From an uncultured Hyphomicrobiales bacterium (GTDB lineage: Bacteria; Bacteroidota; Ignavibacteria; Kapaibacteriales; UBA2268): a stretch of 64,000 nt of DNA. The notes below the pieces were generated by a model. That model was given only the letters and a program-made list of their open reading frames with translations, had not been told where the DNA came from and made no database searches. Location of the stretch: assembly GCA_964473465.1 (NCBI GenBank), contig CAYYPE010000011.1, positions 555-64,554 of the forward strand, written 5' to 3'. Of this stretch, positions 10,883 through 20,766 are shown piece by piece. Every line of letters starts with the position of its first letter. Positions within the stretch are counted from its first letter, which is position 1. Both the position numbers and the translations under genes were made by a program.

Positions 10883-10918
10883 GGAGGCTGTCATCATATA
10901 GACAGCCTCTTTTTTTTT
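10883..10918 (+). terminator. Rho-independent terminator after ctpA
   Basis: ggaggctgtc–atcatata–gacagcctc hairpin (9-10 bp stem) followed by T9. Confidence 0.65.
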
Positions 10919-11062
10919 CATCAATCATATAAATTATTTACTTTGTAATCTTATTACTTTGTATTAATTTTAATTTTTTAAAATTCAATTGAATTATTTT
11001 AAAAAAAATAATGAGATCAATTAAATATTTTAAATTGTTTTATTGAAATTTTTTTATCATTA

Positions 11063-12103
11063 ATGAAACAGAAATCCTATGGTTTACCACCTGAATCAAT
11101 AGTATTCATAGGTGAGAAGAAGACAGAGAAAATAACAATAAATGTTTTTGAATTTAACTCTGTTACCTGCAAAGAATATACCTTAGAGGATATCAATGAT
11201 TTAAAAATCAAGAAAGATGATACTAACTATTGGGTCGAGATTATTGGTCTCCACGACACAAGCATTCTTGAAAACATAGGTTCAAAATACAAAATTCATC
11301 CCCTGATTCTTGCAGATATTGCTAATACCGAGCATTTCCCAAAACTTGATATTACCCCCGATTTCGTTTTTATCGAGCTAAAGCTAATAAATTATTCCAA
11401 TGAGGAAAACGAGATTTCTTCAGAGCAAATAGCGTTTTTAATTGGCGATACCATTCTATTTACTTTTTTAGAGAGTCACACCGACATTTTCAATTTTGTT
11501 AAAGAAAGATTAAGAGGAAAACATTCTAACTTAACAAATTATAATATTGAATTTCTTAGTTACTCACTTATAGATTCTATTGTTGATAAATACTACCTGA
11601 TTCTTGGTGAAATCGGAGAAAAAATTGAAGAGCTCGAAGATGAAATGCTAAAAGGACCAAACCCCAAGACAATGGATATCATTCATAACTTAAAAAGAAA
11701 CATAATTTTTATCAGGAAAGCTGTCTGGCCACTTAGGGAGATTATCCGCAAGCTGGAAATGGACGTAAGGGATAATCATAATTCAATTGGAATCTATTAC
11801 AAAGATTTATATGACCATATCATTCAGGTCATTGATACTATCGAAACACAACGGGAACTGGTAGCAGAAATGATGGAGATCTATCTTTCGAGTGTCAGTT
11901 TCAAACTAAATGATATTATCAAGGTTTTAACTATCATTTCAACTATTTTTATACCTCTTACCTTTATTTCCAGTATTTATGGTATGAATTTCCATTATAT
12001 GCCTGAATTATCTTGGAAATGGGGCTATCCTCTAATTATGTTAATAATGTTTTCTATTGGTCTTGGTATGTTGTTATTTTTTAAAAGAAAAAAATGGTTT
12101 TAA
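11063..12103 (+). CDS. corA: Mg2+/Co2+ transporter CorA
   Basis: 346 aa with the conserved YGMNF (GMN) motif just before two C-terminal TM helices. The architecture is canonical CorA. Confidence 0.9.
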   Translation: MKQKSYGLPPESIVFIGEKKTEKITINVFEFNSVTCKEYTLEDINDLKIKKDDTNYWVEIIGLHDTSILENIGSKYKIHPLILADIANTEHFPKLDITPDFVFIELKLINYSNEENEISSEQIAFLIGDTILFTFLESHTDIFNFVKERLRGKHSNLTNYNIEFLSYSLIDSIVDKYYLILGEIGEKIEELEDEMLKGPNPKTMDIIHNLKRNIIFIRKAVWPLREIIRKLEMDVRDNHNSIGIYYKDLYDHIIQVIDTIETQRELVAEMMEIYLSSVSFKLNDIIKVLTIISTIFIPLTFISSIYGMNFHYMPELSWKWGYPLIMLIMFSIGLGMLLFFKRKKWF

Positions 12104-12335
12104 ACTCTTAGTTACAAACATATTTTTTGTATATAGTTCCGAAAAAGAATAGTTTATCCATAATTTTCCACAAATTATCAACACCGGCGTTTTAGCCAAG
12201 ATTTAATTTAATTTATGGTTTATTTTTTATTATGTTTGCATTGATTAAAAGGAAATATACAGATGGCAGGATGCTGAAAATTTTCTGTTCTTGTCAATGA
12301 ATAAATATCATAAAATAAACAAAAGGAGTTGGTTA

Positions 12336-13226
12336 ATGAAATGGATTGCTTTTATATTTGTGGCATCTTGTCTTATTTTAGTTACTCCAGAAAAATCCTT
12401 AGGATATAGCTGTAGTTACTATAGCGGCAATATACCAGAATTTTCACAAATGAGCTCCACTATGCTTTATACAGAAATAACTGAAATGTATAATGATGGG
12501 GTCTTCCTTGAAAAAGAATTAATTAGAATGGGATTAGAGCCTCCAAGACGCTTGCCAAATTTTCCTGACAATTTTCAAAGAATGAGAAGAAGTGAACTGG
12601 TGAGGTTTGCTGTTAGAATATGGACATTGGATTCTGTTTTCTGTGATTTATTAGGTGGAAAGGGAACAACTTCAGCTCCAAAAAAAGTTCAGCCAATCTT
12701 CTCTTTAGCTGGTTTTTTAAGAGGGGAAACAAATCTTGATTTCGATGTTGAATCAGGATTGGGATTTGGCGGCAGATTAGAGCTGAGTTTAGCTACAATA
12801 ATTGACATAGGTGATTATTTTGATGTATTTTTTGATGTTTATGTTCCTAAATTAAAGTTGAAATCATCTCAGGCAAAATTAACAGACCTTATCTATGCTG
12901 GTGGAGTTTCTCTAAAGCCCCCCCGTTATAAAGCAGGACCAGTTACTTTGGGTTGTGCCTTGGGTTTTGGATTCTACGGGTGTGAACTAAATGCGGTCGA
13001 AGGATTTAATCAAAATTCTACTCTTAGCGGCTTTCTTGGGTATGTAGAAGGAAATATAGTTCATGTTAGCAGTATTCCCATGGGCTTGTTTATCTCATAT
13101 TCAATTTATGATCCATGGGATGATATGCAATTTCAGGATATCAGGGGTATAAGAAATCTAAAAAACTCACCCTATGGCGCTGTAACAGTAGGTGTTCGTA
13201 TTTCTCCATGGGTTAAATCAAAATAA
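12336..13226 (+). CDS. Hypothetical secreted, Gly/aromatic-rich protein (possible beta-barrel)
   Basis: AAGGAG lies 7 nt before the ATG at 12336. MKWIAFIFVASCLILV is a signal peptide. No recognisable catalytic motifs. Confidence 0.55.
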   Translation: MKWIAFIFVASCLILVTPEKSLGYSCSYYSGNIPEFSQMSSTMLYTEITEMYNDGVFLEKELIRMGLEPPRRLPNFPDNFQRMRRSELVRFAVRIWTLDSVFCDLLGGKGTTSAPKKVQPIFSLAGFLRGETNLDFDVESGLGFGGRLELSLATIIDIGDYFDVFFDVYVPKLKLKSSQAKLTDLIYAGGVSLKPPRYKAGPVTLGCALGFGFYGCELNAVEGFNQNSTLSGFLGYVEGNIVHVSSIPMGLFISYSIYDPWDDMQFQDIRGIRNLKNSPYGAVTVGVRISPWVKSK

Positions 13227-13244
13227 TATTAAGAGAGGAAACAA

Positions 13245-14156
13245 ATGAAAAAAATAATTTTATTCTTAATTATTTTCCTGATATTTTCCGCAAAGGAGTC
13301 TTTTAGCCAATCAGGAGCCGAACTCGGCAAAAGATATTTAAAACTCGGGAATTCTTATCGTGAAGCAGATAACCTTACTCTTGCATTTGAGTATCTTGAC
13401 AAAGGTTTCAGAATTGTATCCGGAATTAAGGATAATTACTGGACAGGTGTTGCCTATGAATATTTAGGCTATTATTATAGGGATTTAGCAAAGAAAACCG
13501 GTAATAATGATAATCTTCGAATTGCACAGAGTTACTTTGATATGGCTTACAACTATTTCGATAGGGTTGTTTCCCAGCGTGATGGCAGCCCTTTAGCAAT
13601 TAATTCCATAAGAAACTCATTAAGAGAACAGATGATTAATGGCTCTACTAAGATTCCTGTTGAGGATCCTACAGTTAAAAATTCTGGTAATGGAAAGAAA
13701 AAGGAAACACCTGACCAAAATATTATCAAAAATAACGATGATAATCTTGGCTGCCCGGAAATTAAAAATTACATTGTCTATCAATCTTTCAAAGAAGCTA
13801 ATGCCGAACCTGAAAATGTTGAAATCCTTGATTTAACAGGTCAGGAACTAACAGAATTACCCAAAGACATTTTGAAATACACAAACCTGAAAGAATTAAT
13901 ATTGACAAACCTTGGACTTACTGATTTGCCGGAATCTCTGGGGAATTTGGAATTTCTTCAGCGAATCAATCTTGATGGAAATGATTTGACAAGATTGCCT
14001 GTAAGTTTGAAAAACCTGAAATGCCTCAAAACAATTTTTATTCGTGGCAATTTCATTGATTGTGATTATCTTCTATCATTACAAAGAAGATTACCTGACT
14101 TGCAGATTATTACCGATAGGGAAGAAGATAATATGACAACAATTAGAGGACGGTAA
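13245..14156 (+). CDS. Secreted TPR-like / leucine-rich-repeat protein
   Basis: Signal peptide, then an N-terminal helical TPR-like region (YLKLGNSYREADNLTLAFEYLDKG…), then ~5 LRRs (LTELPKDILKYTNLKELILTNLGLTDLPESLGNLEFLQRINLDGNDLTRLP). Confidence 0.7.
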   Translation: MKKIILFLIIFLIFSAKESFSQSGAELGKRYLKLGNSYREADNLTLAFEYLDKGFRIVSGIKDNYWTGVAYEYLGYYYRDLAKKTGNNDNLRIAQSYFDMAYNYFDRVVSQRDGSPLAINSIRNSLREQMINGSTKIPVEDPTVKNSGNGKKKETPDQNIIKNNDDNLGCPEIKNYIVYQSFKEANAEPENVEILDLTGQELTELPKDILKYTNLKELILTNLGLTDLPESLGNLEFLQRINLDGNDLTRLPVSLKNLKCLKTIFIRGNFIDCDYLLSLQRRLPDLQIITDREEDNMTTIRGR

Positions 14157-14180
14157 ATTCTAACATCTGATACTAATAAA

Positions 14181-14222
14181 AAAATAAAAGCTGTCCGAAA
14201 ATTGTTGGACAGCTTTTTTTGT
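14181..14222. terminator. Bidirectional intrinsic terminator between convergent genes
   Basis: aagctgtcc–gaaaattgtt–ggacagctt is a perfect 9-bp stem flanked by an A-run on the 5' side and a T-run on the 3' side, so it is usable from either strand. Confidence 0.7.
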
Positions 14223-14244
14223 GCTACTTATTAAAAATTTAAAA

Positions 14245-15102
14245 TTAGAGGGCAAACCTTATATCAACTCCAATCTGAAGAGCATTTACTTTCCAGCTTT
14301 GGGCATCTGTTGCATTGGTCAAACCGAGGTTATAAAATACTCCGGGAATAATATCGAAGATATTTCCTGTGATAATTTCATATTGAATGCCACCCTTCAA
14401 GCCAAATCTGAATCCGGCTGAATTCTCCTGTGGTGATCTACCGATATCTCCGTCATATACTATAATAGTTCTGTCGTTATTGATATATTTATAGCCTTTG
14501 TCCCTGATAGCATCTTCATCTCTTTTGAATTTAACATAGTTTGGTTCAATTAACTCATATTTCTGTTCAAGATTTTTTGTCATAGGAAAATCAAAAGTTG
14601 GACCCACTGTTAGGACAACTCCACCTGCTACTCTGAATTTATACATAATGTCGAAGGATAGCATATTATAATCTACATTAACAGAGTGCTTTGTCGAAGA
14701 GTAAACAATAGTTGTTTTTGTCGGATCGTTTGGATCTTCAACTTGTGAAGGATAAGTATCACCCTCTTTACTGAAAGAAGCTGGCAATACGTTATAAAGA
14801 ACTCTTGCAACAAGTGAATGTTTTGAATTAATACCACCAATAAATTGTTCATAAAAGGCACCAACAAAGAAGCCATTACCACTTCCATTTGTAAAGAAAG
14901 GACAGAGTGGGTCTTCGGCAAAAGATGAAAGGTCAACAGTGTGTAATGACCTATTGTATCCGGCAACCGGACCAAGATAAATTCTTGAAGTAGTAAATCC
15001 GGGTTCCAATGGGTTTGTTTCAGATTCTAACTGAGAGAACAGGAAGTTCAGATTTGAAAACAAAAAAAACGTTATTGCTAATAAAAGTAATCGAATCTTC
15101 AT
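14245..15102 (-). CDS. Small outer-membrane beta-barrel protein
   Basis: Signal peptide (MKIRLLLLAITFFLFS), then alternating hydrophobic beta-strand periodicity, Gly/aromatic-rich, with C-terminal …IGVDIRFAL. It sits 14 nt downstream of the 1335-aa T9SS cargo gene, probably in the same operon. Confidence 0.55.
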   Translation of the reverse strand: MKIRLLLLAITFFLFSNLNFLFSQLESETNPLEPGFTTSRIYLGPVAGYNRSLHTVDLSSFAEDPLCPFFTNGSGNGFFVGAFYEQFIGGINSKHSLVARVLYNVLPASFSKEGDTYPSQVEDPNDPTKTTIVYSSTKHSVNVDYNMLSFDIMYKFRVAGGVVLTVGPTFDFPMTKNLEQKYELIEPNYVKFKRDEDAIRDKGYKYINNDRTIIVYDGDIGRSPQENSAGFRFGLKGGIQYEIITGNIFDIIPGVFYNLGLTNATDAQSWKVNALQIGVDIRFAL

Positions 15103-15116
15103 ATTTTAATCCTTCT

Positions 15117-18100
15117 TTACTTTGAAATAATAAATAATTTTCTTCTGATAAAATCATTATTCGATATAAATAATAAATATAAGCCATCGTTAAGATGACT
15201 TATTTCAAAATTAATTGAATATAAACCTTTTTCCAAATCAAAAATTTTATTTTCGAAACATTTTTTTCCAGAATAGTCAAATATTTTAAATTCAAGTCTC
15301 TCTTTTTGGAATAATTGTAAATCAATTTTGAGGTTATCTGAGGCTGGATTCGGGTAAATTTCGATAACAGGTAAATCTCTTAATATTTCTATTGATCTTA
15401 CCCCGTAAGCACACACATCGGTTACGATAGCCAGAATGTCTTTGGTTCCGGGTTTGAAACAATCATCTGAATTTACTTCAATACTTACTTCCTGCAAGTT
15501 TTTTTCAGAAAGCAAAGTTAAAAAAGTTAGTTCTATTTCCCAGTCAGTCAAATTGGATATAACGGGGAATTTCTCAGAACTATGTAATGTAATGTTATTT
15601 TGTGATTGAGAAAATGAGATATCAATTAAATTAAATTTATCTTTGTCGGAAATAATTTTCAATTTAGAGCAGTTGAGAAGTAAAAAGGCATTTTGCTTGA
15701 TTTTGAGATCAATTGAAAAATCAACGGGTATATCTGTTTTGTTTGGAAATTTTCCGGATATTTTAATTTTTAATGTATCCCCGGGATTTGATTTTATCTC
15801 TTCGGGAGTTAAAATGATCAAATTATCATAAAATGGTTTAATTAGGATATCCATTGATCTATCGATGGTATCATTGAAAATAGCTTTAACACTGATATTG
15901 CCGTCATAATGCTGTTCAGGCAATATTTCAAGATCAAAGCTCAATATGGAATCCGGCAAAAAATCAACAGGAAGATTTATAGGTTGACTCCATTCTGCAA
16001 AATTATTTCCCTTATTCAAGATCAAATTGGTCAATTTTAACTTAACATTTCCAGTGTTTTGCAAAATAATATTTATTCTTGACTTTTTGCAATAAATAAT
16101 TCTATCGGGTATAAATATTTTAATTTCAGCATCCGCTGTGTCTAACGGATATGCTTCTCCCCATATTCGAATTCTATGATTTACTCTCTGATAATTTTCT
16201 GCTGCATCACTTGTTACATCAAGATAGAGTTCATGAATTCCTGCATACTCCGGGCTGAATTTTATAGATGAAGAAAGACTGTCATAAGGCTCAATTTTGA
16301 GATTCTTTGATTCTCTCAATGTAACATCAATAGATTGAATTGGATCTATTACTTTGATAGAATCAATTGTAAGGGTTTCGCTGCCTTTTGACCAGATAAT
16401 TGGTGCAGTGGTATCTAATGAGCTAAAGACAGGAATTTTGCCTAAGTATACATCTTTTACTTCTATTTCTGGTATTACGCCTTCTCCAAGTAATTCAATA
16501 TTTATTGGTTGATGAAATCTCCAGTCTGTTGAAAGATCCGAAAATGCTCTGTGTTGACCCTTAACCTTTGGATCAAAACTTAATTTTAAATGGACTGAAG
16601 AATCTGGCTGCAACAGAGTATCAAGTGATTCTAATTCATTTGTGATGAAATTATCATTCAGAACGGCAAACTTTTCGAATTTGATTCTGGCTTCTATCTC
16701 ACCGGAATTTGTTATTTTTACTAATGTATCGTTCGCTGTTCCAACTCGCCGCTTTTTCCAATCAACTACCAAAGAGTTGATTTCAGGAGCTATACCCTGA
16801 CCGGAAATGTATTCATAGTTTTCAATATTACCCTGATTTTTAACTTCAAATTTACTCTTGAATGTGCCTCTTTCCAAAGGGAAGAAGCATACAGGTATTT
16901 TCAAAGTATCTCCCGCAGATATCGTTTTCGGAAATAAACCGGTAGTATCATAGGATAGATATTTATCATACTCGAATACCATATAATCAAGTCTTATTGA
17001 TCTGTTACCATTGTTAATAGCATAGATATAACTGCAAACAGAATCCCCGACTTTAACCTTGCCAAAATCATAGCCAACAGTAAGGAGAGACCTTGATGAG
17101 ATAATGGCTTTTATAGGGATTTGTATCATTCTGTCGCAGTTTATATTTATCCTTAGCATAGAATTTAAAGATGTAGTGTCTCCCCGTGGCTCAAAGCAAA
17201 CAATAACATTGATAGTGTCATTTTTTCTGAATAATCTTGGCAGAGTTTCAAGAATCTGGAATCGAACTCTTTCATCATTCAGGATATTTGCATTAAGTAT
17301 TTCTATTGAATCTCCGGAATTGATAATTTTGAATTTGTAACAGACTGAATCATAAGAGTCAACCTCTCCAAAATGAATATCTCTTGGAAAGCTTAGTTTC
17401 AGTGCCTGATAATTAAAAATATATCTGCTTCCGTTGCCGTTTTTATCTCTTACTTCAATAGCAAACCTTCCATCCCTTAGCATATCAATCGGCTTTGCCT
17501 CAAATCTGAGTTCGTAATTTCCAGCAGTGATTTTGTCAATATTCCATTTATAATTATAAGTCAGATCATTAATAACATAAAACATGTCAAAACCAGAAGA
17601 ATTAGAATCAAGATGTTCCCTGACTAATCCCTTAATGTTTCCACATTCTTCGGTAATTATAATTTCAGGTGCTATTGTGTCCTTTTTATATGGATTGGCA
17701 AGAGAAGAACCCAAAATCATTGCATAGGCATCGGCTTTGCCATAACCGTAAATAATACCTGAAAAAGTGCCGGAATCAGCTCTTAAATGGTGAGTTCCGG
17801 GCTTCAGGTTAATCCATGTCCAAAAGTAATCTCCAATTGGTCTGCTTTCTATTAGCGTTGTGTTTTTTACGTATTGACCATCCAGAGTAAGGGTTTTGAG
17901 TGCAATTGCATCAGCAATAATTGCTATTGCATGCCCGGCAAATTGTTCAACTCTGGAAGGTGGTGAAAGAGTTACAATGTTACCGGGTGTTTCAAAAATT
18001 ATATTTGATACATACTGCTCTAAAGGAGGAACTATTACAAAGCTTGGATCATAATCAGGGGAATCGTCGGGGTCGTCAATATGCATCATATATTGTCCTA

Positions 18101-19124
18101 CCTGCACAGGATGATCTGAAGTTATAATTGCAGGAGTGCCAACTGGTGCAAAGTCAACAAAAGAACCAATCTCCGGAAGATGAGCACTTTTAGTTGTATT
18201 AGCATACTGAATAATAACATTTGTGTTTGGTTTGATATTTGTTATTCTTATTAAGTCACCATATTCATTAACACCAAAAGGAACTGTTATAAATTTTCGC
18301 CCCCATGAATCAGTAGGCATAAGCATTTCACATAAATGGTTTTTTGAGTCACGTGGAATATCCTGTGGAATGGCTGTTCTGACGTGTCCGGACAAAAAAC
18401 CAATGGGTTTATCTGACCGAACTATTGAACCCGTCAAATCTGATGTTCCTTTTTGTGAACCTAAGGACTGAACAAGATAACAATCACCTTTATTTAGTGT
18501 TACTTTATAAGATTGATTAATTTGTTTGCCTCTTGTTGTTATTGCTTTTGGAATGATTGTTATTTCAGTGTTGTCGTATGCAGCCATAATCATAAACTGA
18601 TTCTTTCGGGCTTCAAGAAGCATAAGGCTGTCTAATGGACCGATTGGGTCGTCAGGCAAATTATACTGATCATTTGGATAATTCAATGATATATATTCTG
18701 TTCCCCAGTGGCTGACGGGAATAACAGAGTAACTGTCGCCGGTCAGGTATTGAGTATTGAAAGCATAAACAGTAACAGGCACATCAGAAAAAATTTCTAC
18801 CCCTTTTCTGAGTATAATTTCAGATTCTCGATTTTCTAATCTGGTAGGTAGATCATAAACCAGAACTTTGTTCTTATAAAGATTAAACTTAAGAGTATCG
18901 TATATTTCTGTTGATCTGGGAACAGCAATTTTTATTTCAGCGTTCTGGGTTGAGGATATGAACAGTCTAAGGAATAAACCTCCGTATCGGCTGTCAATAG
19001 TGGTCTCATTTTGCATAAAACCAACGATAAAGTATGTTCCTTCGTAAGCGGATGTTTTCTGTGCTGGTAACTTTGACGCCGCAACAAGGAATAAATATGT
19101 CAGTATGAGTATAAATTTTCTCAA
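15117..19124 (-). CDS. Large T9SS-secreted surface protein with an IgGFc-binding-protein-like N-terminal domain, multiple Ig-like (ASH/choice-of-anchor-D) domains and a type-A Por C-terminal sorting domain
   Basis: 1335 aa with a signal peptide. The N-terminal ~300 aa resembles the IgGFc_binding domain (…DLTGSIVRSDKPIGFLSGHVRTAIPQD…CEMLMPTDSWGRKF). Repeated DFG.V.VGDS…I.N.G segments follow. C-terminal CTD: YPNPASDNLKIDL…GLYLLFISNND. Confidence 0.7.
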   Translation of the reverse strand: MRKFILILTYLFLVAASKLPAQKTSAYEGTYFIVGFMQNETTIDSRYGGLFLRLFISSTQNAEIKIAVPRSTEIYDTLKFNLYKNKVLVYDLPTRLENRESEIILRKGVEIFSDVPVTVYAFNTQYLTGDSYSVIPVSHWGTEYISLNYPNDQYNLPDDPIGPLDSLMLLEARKNQFMIMAAYDNTEITIIPKAITTRGKQINQSYKVTLNKGDCYLVQSLGSQKGTSDLTGSIVRSDKPIGFLSGHVRTAIPQDIPRDSKNHLCEMLMPTDSWGRKFITVPFGVNEYGDLIRITNIKPNTNVIIQYANTTKSAHLPEIGSFVDFAPVGTPAIITSDHPVQVGQYMMHIDDPDDSPDYDPSFVIVPPLEQYVSNIIFETPGNIVTLSPPSRVEQFAGHAIAIIADAIALKTLTLDGQYVKNTTLIESRPIGDYFWTWINLKPGTHHLRADSGTFSGIIYGYGKADAYAMILGSSLANPYKKDTIAPEIIITEECGNIKGLVREHLDSNSSGFDMFYVINDLTYNYKWNIDKITAGNYELRFEAKPIDMLRDGRFAIEVRDKNGNGSRYIFNYQALKLSFPRDIHFGEVDSYDSVCYKFKIINSGDSIEILNANILNDERVRFQILETLPRLFRKNDTINVIVCFEPRGDTTSLNSMLRININCDRMIQIPIKAIISSRSLLTVGYDFGKVKVGDSVCSYIYAINNGNRSIRLDYMVFEYDKYLSYDTTGLFPKTISAGDTLKIPVCFFPLERGTFKSKFEVKNQGNIENYEYISGQGIAPEINSLVVDWKKRRVGTANDTLVKITNSGEIEARIKFEKFAVLNDNFITNELESLDTLLQPDSSVHLKLSFDPKVKGQHRAFSDLSTDWRFHQPINIELLGEGVIPEIEVKDVYLGKIPVFSSLDTTAPIIWSKGSETLTIDSIKVIDPIQSIDVTLRESKNLKIEPYDSLSSSIKFSPEYAGIHELYLDVTSDAAENYQRVNHRIRIWGEAYPLDTADAEIKIFIPDRIIYCKKSRINIILQNTGNVKLKLTNLILNKGNNFAEWSQPINLPVDFLPDSILSFDLEILPEQHYDGNISVKAIFNDTIDRSMDILIKPFYDNLIILTPEEIKSNPGDTLKIKISGKFPNKTDIPVDFSIDLKIKQNAFLLLNCSKLKIISDKDKFNLIDISFSQSQNNITLHSSEKFPVISNLTDWEIELTFLTLLSEKNLQEVSIEVNSDDCFKPGTKDILAIVTDVCAYGVRSIEILRDLPVIEIYPNPASDNLKIDLQLFQKERLEFKIFDYSGKKCFENKIFDLEKGLYSINFEISHLNDGLYLLFISNNDFIRRKLFIISK

Positions 19125-19205
19125 TAATTTTCCATTTTTAGTTAAAATTAATTTAATCTTTTAATTAATTAAATCCAAATTAATTTATTAAATTTCAATC
19201 AATTA

Positions 19206-20693
19206 TTAAATAGATCTAATCTTTATTTGTTTTTTTGTCGGTTTTTTATCATTCCATATAAAATTAGGAAGAAAGTAATATTCAGGAGAATTAAACAGGA
19301 TGTTCTCGGGAATATATTCTCCAACCACAGAACCGAGCCAATGAATTTTGACTGCTTTGCCTTCTTTGAATTCAACATATAATGAGTCACAACCGTATCG
19401 TGACACACCTTCTTCGGATTCTTCGCTTCTCAGAAAATAAAGGCTCTTTGCATCTCCATAACTAAATAGACCGTTAATTGTATCATTTTCGAATTTAATT
19501 AAAATCTTTTGACCAAAAATTTGGTTTATTCTTGTTGGATTCAGTGTATCATCTCTTGAAGCTGTGAAAGCGTTTCCTAATGCAGTTATCTCATTTATTT
19601 TTTTATTTAATAATTTAACATTTAGGGTATCTCCTGCAATTTGAGTTGAATCATACCATACAATAGGGTTGCCAAGTAATTCAACCTTATCCTGAAGTCT
19701 GTCATAGATTACTAAATCAGCTTTTCCTTTAATACTTGACCCAAAAACCTGAACATTTTTTTTGAAAAAATACAATTCTTTTCCTCCTGAACGAAAGGAT
19801 TCCATTGTGTCGGCAGATATTATTATCGTATCGAGCCTGAAGCTAAAAATTGATTTATCGTCTGTTTGGGCGTAGTATCTGTTATTGAAAAAAACAGCTT
19901 GATTATTCCTTTGTGGGTTGATTTCGGGCAATTCTATGGCTTCTTCACGTTTATCTATTGTATCAATCTGAATAAGGGTTGGTTTTCCTGTTGCAATTGT
20001 ATATTTTTCCGAAGGATAATTCAATACTGAATCGCCGGTAAGGAAAACCTGCTGTAATTTCGATCGAATAAAAACATTTCCGAAAGCATTGCTCTGGCGA
20101 TCGTTACGATTGTATTCAACAATGTCTGCTAATATAATTGTTGAATCATCTTCGATTTGAACATTTCCATAAGCATAACTCAACCTGCTTTTTCTGAAAT
20201 ATTTTACTGAATCACTTTTTATCTTAACTGTGTCATCAGCTATTTGAACATTATTTATAAAATCTGCGATTTGAGTTTTTGTGTTGTATTCTCCGAACTC
20301 AGCATTGAGATTTGTATTTTTATCCCTAATAGAAATACCTTTTGGTGATTTTGCTATTCCTGTGTTTCCATCATAATAAATTTCATCTGATTGCAAAATC
20401 ATATCATCTTGAATAATCTTTACATTTCCGAAAATTTGAGCTCTGTTCTCGTCAATGAAATGAATTGCTCTATCTCCGCTAACGATTACATTACCTTGTT
20501 CGAAAACTACATTACCAATAAATTCCCTGATGTTTCCGGATTCTGTTTTGGAACCGAGCAGACTGTCTGAATTTCTTAGAATTATTGGTTGCGATGGGGT
20601 TTCTTCATTGGGTTTTTGGGCTAATAAAGCAGAAAAAAGCAAAAAAACAAGTAATATATTTAATGTTTTCGTCATTGAATTCAAACAATTCAA
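19206..20693 (-). CDS. Secreted protein with repeated OstA/LptA-like beta-jellyroll domains
   Basis: Signal peptide, then segments such as REFIGNVVFEQGNVIVSGDRAIHFIDENRAQIFGNVKIIQDDMILQSDEIYYD that match the OstA-like N-terminal domain pattern, repeated about three times. Confidence 0.55.
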   Translation of the reverse strand: MNCLNSMTKTLNILLVFLLFSALLAQKPNEETPSQPIILRNSDSLLGSKTESGNIREFIGNVVFEQGNVIVSGDRAIHFIDENRAQIFGNVKIIQDDMILQSDEIYYDGNTGIAKSPKGISIRDKNTNLNAEFGEYNTKTQIADFINNVQIADDTVKIKSDSVKYFRKSRLSYAYGNVQIEDDSTIILADIVEYNRNDRQSNAFGNVFIRSKLQQVFLTGDSVLNYPSEKYTIATGKPTLIQIDTIDKREEAIELPEINPQRNNQAVFFNNRYYAQTDDKSIFSFRLDTIIISADTMESFRSGGKELYFFKKNVQVFGSSIKGKADLVIYDRLQDKVELLGNPIVWYDSTQIAGDTLNVKLLNKKINEITALGNAFTASRDDTLNPTRINQIFGQKILIKFENDTINGLFSYGDAKSLYFLRSEESEEGVSRYGCDSLYVEFKEGKAVKIHWLGSVVGEYIPENILFNSPEYYFLPNFIWNDKKPTKKQIKIRSI

Positions 20694-20766
20694 TTATAAT
20701 TTCATAATTAGTAAATTAAATTAACCTAATTATTAAAAAAAAGTTACAAAAATTGAAGATAAAAAA

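Noticed and set aside
10919-11062. Possible Mg2+ (M-box) riboswitch upstream of corA.
   Set aside because: The sequence is ~80% A+T, with no GC-rich helices compatible with an M-box aptamer.
14245-15102. Direct assignment of the 285-aa beta-barrel to the PorP/SprF family.
   Set aside because: The N-terminal region lacks the PorP/SprF-type conserved opening motif I recall. It is kept as a generic outer-membrane barrel with a context-based hypothesis only.
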